A stretch of DNA of 63,238 nucleotides, taken from assembly GCF_044704955.1 (NCBI RefSeq), contig NC_091999.1, positions 48,174,763-48,238,000 of the forward strand, read 5' to 3'. This DNA comes from Pristiophorus japonicus. Taxonomy: Eukaryota. A program made the position numbers and the translations under genes. The notes beneath the pieces were generated by a model that worked only from the letters and a program-made list of their open reading frames with translations, did no database searches and was not told the DNA's origin. Each line of letters starts with the position of its first letter. The first letter of the stretch is position 1. Shown piece by piece: positions 26,947-39,437 of this stretch.

Positions 26947-27255
26947 GAACATAACAAACCATTAGAAATAGGAGCAGGAGTAGGCCCTATGCCTCTCGAG
27001 CCTGCTCTGCCATTCAATAAATTCATGATTGATCATCGAACTCAACTCCACTTTCCTGCACAATCTTCATATCCCCAGATTCCCCATAGACTCCAAAAAT
27101 CTATCCACCTCAGTCTTGAATATATTCAGAGATTCGGGATCCACAGCCCGATGAGGCCGAGAATTCAAAAGATTCACAACCCTCTGAGTGAAGAAATTCC
27201 TCCTCATCTCGATCCTAAATGGGCTTCCCCTTATCCTGAGACTGTGCCCCATAGT
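26947..27255 (-). mobile_element. CR1 3' fragment
   Basis: GHSLRIRGSPFRIEMRRNFFTQRVVNL; 3'UTR and tail. Confidence 0.9.
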
Positions 27256-27605
27256 TCAAAAGAAAACACCAGGAATTGAACTCGGACCTCTATGCTGTGT
27301 ATGGTTTTATGCCATCTTCGAATGTCCAGATGGAGATTTACATTATATTTTCCTTAGAAAGATACGGAAGTCTTTTTTCCCCTGCCACATGCTGCAATAT
27401 TCATTGGAAGTTATTGTAATGTAGAAAAGGTGAACTCGAAAATGGCTGCCTTAATTTGTTTGTTTCAATGACCGTAGCTCACAATAAAATTGCATAATCT
27501 GATTGGCTCACTGGGGATTAACATTCGGTATAACTAAGGGATCATTAGAATGAGCCACATCTCATATTGGAGCTACTGTCTCCAGCAATTCGTTTCTCAC
27601 AGAGA

Positions 27606-30480
27606 ATGCACGCACCTGGAAACAGTCCAATACTTGCCATTTACTATCCGCTTCTCGCTGCTGTCGGTGTTCCAGGTAAGGTATTACAGCAAGTCATTGG
27701 TTGTTAAGGATATCACGGTTTCTGCTGATGATCTGCATCTTTACCCGATTTGGCATTTTGTGTTTCGAGATTTTGCTTCACAGCCGCTTTGTTCATTGTG
27801 TTCTGATGAAAGATCACTGATCTGCTACATTAACTCATTTTCTCTCTCCACAGATGTTGCTTGACCTTCCAGGTTTTCTGGTCTCATTTCAAATCTCCCT
27901 GAGTCAGAGTATGTGTCTTCTGTATCCCTGTTCAGTGTGACATTTTATTGGAATTGTAAAGTTCCCCGAGTGTCCAAAGCAAAATTTATTACAACATTAT
28001 TCTGCATCAGCGTGACTTCGTGTCCCAGATCTATATTCGCACTGCCTTCAGCTAATAATCTCTGTTCAAGTCAAAAGTCGTTATTTTTAAAAAGTAAGAA
28101 TCGTGTGACTAATGCAAAAATATGAAGTGAACCGATGCGACAATGATCAGTCAATAATGTGTGTCTTGATATGTATTTCCCGCCACTTTTTATCAGTACA
28201 GTTAATTCTGGTGATCAAACACAGGTTCACAAATGCTGTCGACGGACAAATGTCCAGAAATGATGCGTGTAAAGGGTTATTAAAATGCATCTATTTCTGA
28301 CTATTGCGTTGAAACGATACTAAAATCAACTGTGTGGTTGATAATGAAGAATAAAGGTGCAGACAGCAGGAAAATGTCTATCAACGGGTCAGGTGGGCAG
28401 AACAGTGGCAAATTGAATTTAATCCAGAGGTTTGTGAGGTAATGCATTTGGGGAAGGTTGACAAGGAAAGGCAATACACATTAAATGGTTCACTGAGAAG
28501 TGTCGAGGGACAAAGAGACGTTGGAGTGCATGTCCACAGATCCCTGAAGTTAGTAGGACAGGTAGATAAGGTGATTAATAAGGCATAATTAAAGCTTGCA
28601 TTTATTAGCCGCGGCATAAAATTCAAGAGCAGGGGGGGCTTATGCGTCAACTGTATAAAACACTGGTTAGGCCACAGCTGAAGTATTGTGTGCAGTTCTG
28701 GTCACCGCATTGCAGGAAGGAGATGATTGAACTGGAGATTTACGAGCATGTTGCCGGTAGTGGGGAATATTAGCCACGAGGACAGATTGGATAGGCTGGA
28801 TTTGTTTTTCTTGGAACAGAGGGGAAACTTCATTGATGTGTTTAAAGTTATGACGGGCCTAGATATAGTGGATAGAAAGGGTTAATTGCCATTAGCAGAG
28901 GGATCAACAACCAGGATACATCAATTTAAAATAATTAAAAGTTTTAAAGGGGATTTGAGGGGAATTTCTTCATGCAGAGAGTTCTGGAACTCACTGCCTG
29001 AAAGGATGGTAGAGGCAGAACACCTCACCACATTTAAAAAGTACTTGGATATGCACCATAGGTGCCGTAACCTGCAGGATTACAGACCTAGAGCTGGAAC
29101 GTGTGATTAAGCTGAAAAGCTTCTTGTTGGTCGAGGGCCTTAAATGGCCTCCTTCCGTGCTGTAAGCTTCTATGAATCTATGAGTCTATATGATCGAATT
29201 TCTGAACTGATTGAGTGATTGCATGATTGACGTGTGATTTTAGCCATGCAATTATTGAAGGGATATTCTGAGTCATTAAATGGATGGCAATCAGTGAACG
29301 ATAAACGGTTGTAGTCACGAAGTTGCACCTAAAACTCCTTGGCCTGTTCTCACTGTCCTGCTCCTCATTCATTGCTTTAGTCCGCCCACGCTCCTTCACT
29401 TTCGCTGTTCCTGCTTCCCTTCCTCAAACATTATTCAAATCTTAACAGATCAATCTCTGCCGACAGGTCACTGAATCATTCCCATCGCGAGGCTGAAATA
29501 TGATCAAAATAAATAAACATCAAGGAGGAGTGATACTTAATGTTACTGTTTTCTTTTCTGTCTATTTCCTGCAGCTAACTTGGTGATAATTGTGATCCTG
29601 TCCCGAGGAAAGTGCGGTCTTTCCAGATGTATCACTTAGTACCTGCTGTCCATGGCAGTGGCAGATCTCCTGGTCATTATCACCGCTGTGATATTAAACC
29701 GGATCAGTGGAATTTATTTTCAATTTAGTCTGCTGTCCACTACTCCAGGCTGTACTATAACATCTATCCTAATTTATGTAGCCACGGATAGTTCCATCTG
29801 GTTAACAGTCGCTTTCACCTTCGATCGATTTGTGGCGATATGATGCCAGAAACTGAAAACAAAATATTGCACTGAGAAAAGTGCAGCTCTGATTATAGTC
29901 ATGGTCGGTGCCCTGGCTGTTTAAAAAAACATCACTTCTTATCTCACTTATGAACCTATGTTCATAACTGACAATGTCCCATGGTTATGTAACATCAAAG
30001 TAATATTTTATCGTTCTCCTCTATGGATAGTATATGAATGGATTGACAGAATTTTAACGCCATGACTTTCTCCTGATATTGCTGCTCAATGCTCTGACCG
30101 TCAGACATATTCTAGCGACGAGCAGAACCCGCAGAAGGCTCCGGGCCCACATCAATGGAGAGAATCAAAGCGACCCAGAGTTGGAGAGCCGGAGAAAATT
30201 AATCGTTTTACACTTTACCATCTCGGGCAGTTTCATCCTATTATGGACAGTGTACGTTGTAAATTTCTTGTATGTCCGAATTACAAAGAATAATTATTTC
30301 TCAGGTTCCAATTTCAAAGACCCAAAATGTATTCTCCAAGAAACCGGAAATAGTCTTCAGCTTTTGAGTTCCTGCACAAACACGTGTATTTATGGAGTGA
30401 TCCAGAGTAAATTCAGAGAGGAGTTAATAGATGCGCTGAAATATCCAATTAATCTCATTATAAAATTAATCAAATTATAA
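27606..30480 (+). pseudogene. GPR139-like: Two-exon GPR139/GPR142-like GPCR pseudogene (chondrichthyan-expanded family); exons 27606-27675 and 29575-30480
   Basis: Exon 1 MHAPGNSPILAIYYPLLAAVGVP(G|gtaag), phase 1, joins exon 2 (tgcag|CT AAC) ANLVIIVILSRGKCGLSRCIT*YLLSMAVADLL...WLTVAFTFDRFVAI*CQKLKTKYCTEK...LLNALTVRHIL...DPELESRRK...QLLSSCTNTCIY..QSKFREEL. Stops at 29637 and 29841, plus frameshifts. Confidence 0.92.
28315..29192 (+). mobile_element. Old CR1 3' fragment in the GPR139-like intron
   Basis: [34 protein letters not shown] tail. Confidence 0.85.
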
Positions 30481-30589
30481 AAATGTATTTTCGTGTTAAT
30501 TCTGCATTACATCACACCCAGTGGGCCATCCTGTCCTGTCAGTTCTGAACCAGCTTTGTCCAGCTCCATCAGCCCCAATAACATGGCCC

Positions 30590-30681
30590 ATCTCGACATC
30601 CAAGTCTGAGAAATTGAATATCTCGACATCCACATGCGCGATATCGTACATCTTGACATCCATGTGTGAGAAATCGTACAA
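30590..30681. repeat. 3 x 30-bp tandem repeat (ATCTCGACATCCA...)
   Basis: Three aligned 30-nt units. Confidence 0.7.
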
Positions 30682-30829
30682 CTGATTTGCGTGTAATTAA
30701 GATTATATTTAATCAGAGGGCCCTTTTTCAGTACTGCCGGCGGTTTGTTTCCTCAGAGTAGTATTATCAAACCAATGCTAACAGATACTTTTCCATTCTA
30801 TCGTGCTCTCAAGAATCACCATCGGCTCA

Positions 30830-30945
30830 CTGCATTACAACAGTGACTACACTTTCAAAAAGTATTTCACTGGCTGTAAAGCGCTTTGAGACATCCACTC
30901 GTTGTAAAAGGTGCTATATAAATCCAGTACTTTCTTTCTTTCCTT
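30830..30945 (+). mobile_element. DeuSINE/L2-like 3' tail fragment
   Basis: cattacaacagtgactacact..aaagcgctttgagac..gctatataaat; same tail as the SINEs at 4750 and 46410. Confidence 0.7.
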
Positions 30946-31069
30946 CTTAGAGTCAGGATTATGCGACTATGTGACAACCAGTTGTTATCCTGTAGAGACC
31001 GCTCTGAATATCCTTGATCCATAACTCTCAGGACTATTGCGAGTGGTGGATCATGGCAGCAGTCTCTGT

Positions 31070-32397
31070 GATCCTGCGAAAAATAGAGACAAAATTTAGT
31101 CACTTGGACAAGTATGGATTAATTAAAGGACGCCAGTATGCAGTTGTTAAAGGTAAATTGTGTTTAAATAACTTGATTGAGTTTTTTTACGTTGGTAACA
31201 GAGAGAGTAGTTGAGGGCAATGCGGTTGATGTGGTATACATGAACTTCCAAAAAGTCGAAGTGCCAGCTAATACGTTTGCCTGCAAAGTAGAAGCCCATA
31301 GAGTAAGAGGGAAAGTTGCAGCATGGTTACCAAATTAGCTGAATGACAGGAAAGAGGGATTAGTGATGAATGGAATGTGTTTCTGACTGATATCAGTGTT
31401 ACCCAGGAGTCTTTATCAGGAACGTTGCTTTTCTTGATATATATTAATGAATTGGACTTGGGTGTACTTGTCTCAATTGCAAAATTTACAGACGACACAA
31501 AACTTAGAAGTATGGTGAACATTGACGCGGACAGTGATAGACTTCAAAAGGGCACCGCAGGCTGTTGGAATGGGCGGATCCGTGGCAGATGAAATCCAAT
31601 GCAGAAAAGTGTGAAGTGTAACATTTTGGAAGGAAGAACGAGGAGAAGCAGTATAAATTAAAGGGTACAATCCTAAAGGGGGTGCATGAACAGAGAAACC
31701 TGGGATACACGTTCACAAATCGTTGAGAGTGGCAGGTTGAGAAAGCAGTTAAAACAACAATCGCCATCCTGGGCTTCATAAATAGAGGCATAGCGTACCA
31801 AAGCATGGAAGTTAAGATAATCCTCTATAAAACACTGGTTCGTGCTCAACTGGATGTTGTATCCAATGCTGTGCATCACACTTTAGGAAGGATGTGAAGG
31901 CCTTCGAGAGAGTGCAGAAAAATTAGAACAATGGTTACAGGGATGAGGGATTTCATTTACGTGCATAGACTGGAGAAGCTGGAGTTGTTCTCTGGTGCAG
32001 GGAACCTTGAGAGGACATTTGATAGAGGTGTTCAAAATCATGAGTGTTCGGGACAGAAAAGACAGGGCGAAACTCTTCCCATTGGCGGAAGGTTCGAGAA
32101 CAAGAGGACACAGATTTAAGTGGACTGGCAAAAGAACCAAAGGCGACTTGAGGAATAACTTTTTTATGCAGCGAGTGGTTATGATCTGGAAAGCACTGCC
32201 TGAAAGGATGGTGGTGGCAAGTTCAATCGTAGTTTTCAAAAGGATGTTGGATAGCTAATTAAAGGGGAAAAATGCAGGGCTATGAGGAAAAGGTGGGGAG
32301 TGGGAATAGCTGAGGTGCTCTTGCAGAGTGCGGACAGGGGCTCCACAGGCCGAAATGTGTCAATTTATGCTGTAACCCATTCTATGATTCTATGATC
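31070..32397 (+). mobile_element. Old CR1 RT fragment
   Basis: KGKLCLNNLIEFF, IYINELD, KFTDDTKL, FFMQRVV; (ATTCTATG)2 tail. Confidence 0.85.
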
Positions 32398-32619
32398 CTG
32401 CACCAGCCACAATATAATGATATGATGGTACGATATGGGCGCTATTACAATGTCACGAACAACACCTTAAAATTTAAATTCTATTTCCCATTGCAAGCTG
32501 CTATACTCAGTAAAGTGAGCAACTGTTTGGCAGGGAGGTATAACAGAAAGTAAAGAAGCATTGCATGCAATTCTTCTCCTCGTAAAAGGCACCAAATTCT
32601 TTAATTGGGTAACAGCATT

Positions 32620-34094
32620 TGATGGAGTGGAGGGTAGCCAATGTAACCCCACTTTTTAAAAAAGGAGGGAGAGAGAAAACAGGGAATTATAGACCGGTCA
32701 GCCTGACATCGGTAGTGGGTAAAATGATGGAATCAATTATTAAGGATGTCATAGCAGTGCATTTGGAAAGAGGTGACATGATAGGTCCAAGTCAGCATGG
32801 ATTTGTGAAAGGGAAATCATGCTTGACAAATCTTCTGGAATTTTTTGAGGATGTTTCCAGTAGAGTGGATAAGGGAGAACCAGTTGATGTGGTATATTTG
32901 GACTTTCAGAAGGCGTTCGACAAGGTCCCAACAAGAGATTGATGTGCAAAGTTAGAGCACATGGGATTGGGGGTAGTGTACTGACATGGATTGAGAACTG
33001 GTTGTCAGACAGGAAGCAAAGAGTAGGAGTAAATGGGTACTTTTCAGAATGGCAGGCAGTGACTAGTGGGGTACCGCAAGGTTCTGTGCTGGGGCCCCAG
33101 CTGTTTACACTGTACATTAATGATTTAGATGAGGGGATTAAATGTAGTATCTCCAAATTTGCGGATGACACTAAGTTGGGTGGCAGTGTGAGCTGCGAGG
33201 AGGATGCTGTGAGGCTGCAGAGCGACTTGGATAGGTTAGGTGAGTGGGCAAATGCATGGCAGATGAAGTATAATGTGGATAAATGTGAGGTTATCCACTT
33301 TGGTGGTAAAAACAGAGAGACAGACTATTATCTGAATGGTGACAGATTAGGAAAAGGGCAGGTGCAAAGAGACCTGGGTGTCATGGTACATCAGTCATTG
33401 AAGGTTGGCATGCAGGTGCAGCAGGCGGTTAAGAAAGCAAATGGCATCTTGGCCTTCATAGCAAGGGGATTTGAGTACAGGGGCAGGGAGGTGTTGCTAC
33501 AGTTGTACAGGGCATTGGTGAGGCCACACCTGGAGTATTGTGTACAGTTTTGGTCTCCTAACCTGAGGAAGGACATTCTTGCTATTGAGGGAGTGCAGCG
33601 AAGGTTCACCAGACTGATTCCCGGGATGGCGGGACTGACATATCAAGAAAGATTAAATCAACTGGGCTTGTATTCACTGGATTTCAGAAGAATGAGAGGG
33701 GATCTCATTGAAACATATAAAATTCTGACGGGGTTAGACAGGTTAGATGCAGGAAGAATGTTCCCAATGTTGGGGAAGTCCAGAACCAGGGGTCACAGTC
33801 TAAGGATAAGGGGTAAGCCATTTAGGACCGAGATGCGGAGGAACTTCTTCACCCAGAGAGTGGTGAACCTGTGGAATTCTCTACCACAGAAAGTTGTTGA
33901 GGCCAATTCACTAAATATATTCAAAAAGGAGTTAGATGAGGTCCTTACTGCTAGGGGGATCAAGGGGTATGGCGAGAAAGCAGGAATGGGGTACTGAAGT
34001 TGAATGTTCAGCCATGAACTCATTGAATGGCGGTGCAGGCTAGAAGGGCCGAATGGCCTACTCCTGCACCTATTTTCTATGTTTCTATGTTTCT
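32620..34094 (+). mobile_element. Young CR1 LINE, 5'-truncated, complete RT with one frameshift (~32930)
   Basis: ORFs 32619..32942 and 32939..33997 together cover the RT motifs; (TTTCTATG)n tail. Confidence 0.97.
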
Positions 34095-34204
34095 AATGTC
34101 CTTCTTAATTAGCACAATTTAAACCAGCACAGGGAACACTTACCACAACCTACCTGCGATCGAGATTATTCTGGTGAAATACATCGGCTATTATGAAGGT
34201 AATA

Positions 34205-34358
34205 TATTTTGCCAGAGACGTTTCTCTGCAGATCTCTAAATTGTGACTACGTTTACCGGTTTAACCATCTCTGGGCTGCAGATGACTGGACCTGCAGTTT
34301 ATTAACGTGCCCTGGCACTCACAGTGATGGAACTCAGTTCAACCCTCATACAGAACCT
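34205..34358 (+). pseudogene. TCR alpha/delta-type V segment remnant (FR3) with 23-spacer RSS
   Basis: RFSADL*IVTTFTGLTISGLQMTGPAVY*RALA versus shark TRDV/TRAV-type FR3 RFS.EL....FTSLTISGLQLTDSAVYYCAL. Followed directly by CACAGTG (34320-34326), a 23-nt spacer and ACAGAACCT. Confidence 0.7.
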
Positions 34359-34659
34359 CCCGCCACTTTGTAGATCTTGGCTCCGACTGCTGAAGTCGTA
34401 TATAACGGCGGGCAGATCCTGCCACATTGGTTCCTGTGAGCCGACACACACTGAGATGGACCCAAAGGACAGTATCCTTTATGAAGGGCTCACAATAAAC
34501 TGATTTCTTAATACTCGTGGCAATGTCCTGCAGAGCCAATCAATTGGGCAGGTTGAGTATCTTAGCGACATGCACGAAGCAGAAGCCAACTGGTTGCAGC
34601 TAAAGTTAATTGTGAGAACAGAATGACAACATTCGCTGGCATCGCCTCGAATCTAGAAT

Positions 34660-34880
34660 CAGAACATTAAGCCTGTGCTGGCACTTTGAAAGAGCTATCG
34701 TATTAGTCCCACTCTTTTCCTAAAGCCCTGCAATTTTCTCCTTTTAGATATTTAACTAATTCCCTTTTTAAAGTTAATATTAATTCTTTTCCCCACTCTT
34801 TCACGTAGTATATTCCTGATCAAACCTGCATCAATAAATTCGGCCCTTTTCACCTCAGGCTCCTTTTCCAATTTGCTTAA
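34660..34880 (-). mobile_element. Old CR1 3' remnant
   Basis: Degenerate reverse 3'UTR and ORF2 end (agccctgcaattt..aattccctttt). Confidence 0.5.
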
Positions 34881-35054
34881 ATCAGAAATCAAACATCAGG
34901 AAATATGTTTGTCCCTGGTACTAACTTCAACTGAGTTGCGTACCTGGATTCCGTGGATGACGCCATAATCCCTCGCATACATCATAGCACAGTGATTGGC
35001 TGTTTCTTCGAAGGTGACTGCCGTATCCGCAGGAGTTGTTCACTGATTTCACGT

Positions 35055-35230
35055 TGATAGTATCAGAAGGAATGGCGCAGAGCAGGAAGACAGAATCCTC
35101 AGGGTGATGTTCAGTGAGTTCAGGGAGATGGTATCAGAAGGAATGGAGCAGAGCAGTGAGAACAAATCTGTGGGTGATGTTCAGTGAGTTAAGCGAGATG
35201 GTATCAGAGGGAATAGTGCAGAGCAGACAG
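35055..35230. repeat. ~71-bp tandem repeat x2.5
   Basis: gatggtatcagaaggaatggagcagagcag...ggtgatgttcagtgagtt recurs. Confidence 0.7.
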
Positions 35231-35274
35231 AAAGGCAGTCCAGGGAAGAGGTGACAGCGGGTCGTGTTTAACGT

Positions 35275-36076
35275 GAGATCATGCACTTTGGCAGAAAAAA
35301 ATCAAAGAGACAGTTATTATTTAAATGGAAAAAGATTGCAAAGTGCCGCAGTTCAGCGGCACCTGAGGGTACTTGTGCATGAAGCACAAAAGGATGATAT
35401 GCAGGTACAGCGAATGATCAGGAAGGCCATTGGCATCTTAGCCATTATTGTGAAGAGAATGGAGTATAAAAGCAGGGAAGTCTTGCTACAGTTATACAGG
35501 ATATTGGGGAGGCCACACCTGGAACTGTGTGCGGTTTTGGTTTACATATTTATGAAAGGATATACTTGCTTTGGAGGCAGTTCAGAGAAGGTTCACTCGG
35601 ATGATTCCGGAGATGAGGGGGTTGACTTATGAGGAAAGGTTGAGTAGTTTGGGCCTCGACTCATTGGAATTCAGAAGAATGAGAAGTGATCTTATCGAAA
35701 TGTATCAGATTATGAGGGGGCTTGACAAGGTGGATCCAGAGAGGATGTTTGCACTGATGGGGGAGATTAGAACTGGAGGGCATGATCTTAAAATATGGGG
35801 CCGCCCAATTAGAACAGAGATGAGGAGAAATTTCCTCTCTAAGAACGTTGTAAATGTCTGGACTTCGCTGCCTCAGAGAGCCGTGGAAGCTGGGACATTG
35901 AATAACCTTAAGATAGAAATAGACAGTGTTTTAAACGATAAGGGGCTATGGGGAGCAGGCAGGAAAGTGGAGCTCAGTCCATTATCATAACCGCCATGAA
36001 TGGCAGAGCAGGCTCGAGGTGCAGTATGGCCTACTCCTGTTCCAATTTCTTATATTCTTATGTTTTTATGTATGTT
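35275..36076 (+). mobile_element. CR1 3' fragment
   Basis: RPHLE, EAVQRRFTRMIP, LEFRRMR.DLIE; ttcttatg tail. Confidence 0.9.
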
Positions 36077-36499
36077 CCTCATAATGGAGAACGGTTGGCA
36101 GTGATAACCCTACGCATTTCTGTCCGTATGGACCATATGCATTCAGGTGACCTTTAAAGAGTTGAATCGTAAACGAAACTTACATTCTACGAATGCCCTC
36201 CCAGAGAGGAGGATGTCAATCATATATTTGGGTAGAACAAAACGACAATGATTTTACATCAGAAATTGATATTGCCCGTGCATCACACATTTTGTATATA
36301 GGTGCCCAACGGGCACAAAGCTCCATATGTACCTGCAGATGCCGCGTGAACTCTCATCTCCTCTCTGTCAAAGAAAATCTCTCCACCTGTCGTCTCTTTC
36401 TTGGCTTTCTATATGTGTATAACAGAAACATTGGAGCGCGTGTCTGTGTGTCAGTTAGGCCCCAGTTTGTGGGAATCATTCCAAGAGTTTGTGCTCTCT

Positions 36500-36825
36500 A
36501 GTGTGTCTGGAAGTGTTTGATGGGACAGTATAGAGTGAGCTTTAATCTGTATTTAACCAGTGCTGCTCCTGACCTGGGTGTGTTTGATGGGACGGTGTAG
36601 AGGGAGATTTATTCTATATTTAACCCGTGCTGTACCTGCCCTGGGAGGGTGTGGTGTGCAAGTGTAGATGGAGCTGTTCTCTGTATCTAACCCGTACTGC
36701 ACCTGCCCTGGGAGTTTTTGATGGGACAGTGCAGAGGGAGCTTTACTCTTTATTTAACCTGTGTTGTACCTGCCCTGAGAGTGTTTGTTAGGACAGTGTA
36801 GAGGGAGATTTGCTCTGACACATAC
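36500..36825. repeat. ~67-bp minisatellite x~5 (GTGTTTGATGGGACAGTGTAGAGGGAGCTTTACTCTGTATCTAACCCGTGCTGTACCTGCCCTGGGA)
   Basis: Five aligned units. Confidence 0.9.
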
Positions 36826-36988
36826 TATACTGTATCGGACTATGGTGCATCAGAGGCCTGCTCTTTAATATAACATGGCACGTGAAAGGCCATAATATTA
36901 GAGGAGACCGCCTGGTCACTGTGCAGTCATTCCGCCTCTGGTGCATGATGTTACAAGGCAGGGGAAAATGTGCCGTCACTCTGATGGG

Positions 36989-37003
36989 ACACTAGGTGGC
37001 GCA
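36989..37003 (+). promoter_or_regulatory. CTCF-like motif just 3' of the IgM locus
   Basis: ACACTAGGTGGCGCA, one mismatch to CCASYAGRKGGCRS. Confidence 0.35.
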
Positions 37004-37588
37004 GTGGCTCCTTAACCGAAGGGACTTGGATTCAAACACATCAGGATAGGACGCGGGAAGAATAAATTTCATGGAAATAAAACAACGTGTGATAGGGAAA
37101 TAGAACAGTGTGAAGGAGCCTTGGAGTAAAAGTTCAGCACAGTCCAAATTATTCCATTTGCCATTGCAGTTTTATTAACAATTTCACAGAGAACAATTTA
37201 CAGAGAAGGTTTTCAAAAGTTCACACAAATTGAATATAACAAATGAGCGTCACATTAATACCAGAACACAGTCGGTCTGAGCTGCCAGCTATTTGTACAA
37301 CTCTAACAGACATCAGGGAGAGAGAAACAGATGTTCAACACCAAGGGAAGTGAATAATTGTGAATCATGAATGATAAAAGTGACTTATGTACACATGAGA
37401 TATTCAAACAATTGTTTGACTCCGAGATACATTTACATTATAGCCACGGTTATCTCACACATTTCAAACAGAGAAATGAAAAAATTGAAGGCAATTTACT
37501 CCGGGAATCACCAAGAGGACATAATTTATTTTCAAGACACAGTTAACAACCAGAGGAGAAAAATCCCCGGCGGCCGAAATTCAGTCAA

Positions 37589-37597
37589 TCAGTTGAC
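37589..37597 (-). pseudogene. IGHM: IgM TM2 exon coding part (VN*, canonical VK*)
   Basis: cctcttttacag|GTC AAC TGA; AATAAA at 37171-37176 (minus). Confidence 0.75.
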
Positions 37598-37735
37598 CTG
37601 TAAAAGAGGGATAAAAGTTTGAAGCAGCGTTTTAGTGGTTTGGGGCATTAATTTCAGGGTTGTTATCAATGAAATATTTAGAGATTTGTCAAACCTCTTC
37701 AATCAACTCGAACTGAGTGCATTGAATCTTCTCAC

Positions 37736-37863
37736 CTTCACCGGAGTGATGGCAGCGTTGTAGGAAATGTTCAGGAAGATCAAGATGATGAATGTGGAAG
37801 CGGTTGTCCAGAAGTTGCTGCTCTCGTCCTCATACTCTTCACTCCAGATGTGGTCTGAGGAAT
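37736..37863 (-). pseudogene. IGHM: IgM TM1 exon
   Basis: (D)SSDHIWSEEYEDESSNFWTTASTFIILIFLNISYNAAITPVK|gtgaga; CART-type motif with YS>YN and L>P changes. Confidence 0.92.
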
Positions 37864-38499
37864 CTACGGGATGTAGGGGAGGAAATATATTCAGATCGTT
37901 TGTTAACCCAAGATCTCATCTTATTATTACGTATTCTATTTTCTTTTTTTAAGGTGTTAGATTATTCTCTATTTTAATGTTCAATGTATGTCCTGTGTTA
38001 AGTTAATCACGCTCAGTAATCTATCTGTGTTTCTAATTCCACAGTCGTTCTTTCTTTATGATCCTTCTATAGTCGGTTTTGGAAAATATGACAGTTTTCC
38101 TTCAATGTCACAGGCTAATTGATTTTGCATCAATTTCATAGGATTTACCATTCGGGAATAGTATGATGTAATATCGGGGGAACTATACTGAATGATATCG
38201 ATTAATTTAACAATAGCTTCAGATAGCTAATTATTCGGAGACTGTCAAAGGGACAGGGTAAGACATCAGATGTGAGTTATAATCTGGATTAATTTGTGGT
38301 AGTCAAGGTTCTGAACATAATTAATTTGCATGAGTTTCCAACTAAGAACTTTGATTCAGTTTGCGTTCAGGACCAGAATATATAATGTTAGATATTATGG
38401 TATCAGAAATGATTTATTTAATACAATCGTTGCAGACTGTCTGTTCAAAGAATTTATTTTAATTCTATATTCGTCTGTTACCTGACGTATTTTTTGCAC

Positions 38500-39130
38500 T
38501 TTAGTGTTTGTGTTTGTGTGTATGACGATCTCTTCTTTTGGTGTTGTCTGTGTTTGTGTGTTGATATATGTTGATATGTAAGTTTGAATGTTTTAATGTG
38601 TCATTCCATATATTTATATTTATGTTTAAGTGTTTGTGTATTTTTGTAAGTTTGTGTATGTTTACATGTAAGCCTTTATGTGTATATATGCAATTGTTTG
38701 TGGTTATGTTTAAATATGTCTATTCTTTGTAAGTACGTTCATGTGCGTGTTTTAATGTGTTTGTGTATGGTTATGTGTACGTGTTGTGTATGTTTATGGG
38801 TAACAATGTGTGCATTTATGTATAACTCTGTGTGTTCGCATGTAAATGTGTGTGTGTGCTATGCGTTAGTTAATTTGTGTTGAATATGTGTTTATGCAAG
38901 TGAAAGTGTGTGTGTTTTTGTGTGTGTGTGTGTGTGTGTTAGTGCTTCTGTTTTATTTAAGGGTGTGTTTATTTTTGCTGTCATATTAATGGTGCTGTGG
39001 TTCTGACAATGACGGTGTGTATTATATTCTGGGTATGCGTAATATCTTGTGTCAGTGTGTCAATGTGTGTGTTTATGTGTAAGTCGCTGTGTGTTTATGT
39101 GTAAATCCGTGTTGTGTTTATATGTAAGTG
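38500..39130. repeat. Degenerate (GT)n-rich low-complexity tract
   Basis: TG/TA dinucleotide composition. Confidence 0.85.
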
Positions 39131-39437
39131 TGAACTTCCACAAAAACATACACTACTAACGTTTCCACGCATTCTTCCTCGCTCTGTGTAAATGTGTTCA
39201 TTGTGAGACACAATGTGACATCAGCTGACGGAATGCAACAAATGAATCGATGGGCATCTCTCTCTGGTGACATTGAGGGGTACAATGATTTAACAATTGC
39301 CCTTTGCCCTCTCGCTTGTGCGGAAGTCGGATACATTGGGTTAACAATTGCAGATTCCCCTCACTATGCTGGGGTAGTGGGCGGGACAGTTAGTTAACAA
39401 TTGCCCTTTCCCCTCTCTCTGGTGGGGGAGAGGGTTT

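Noticed and set aside
30496-30681. ORF with 10-aa repeats
   Set aside because: Explained by a 30-bp tandem repeat; no gene context
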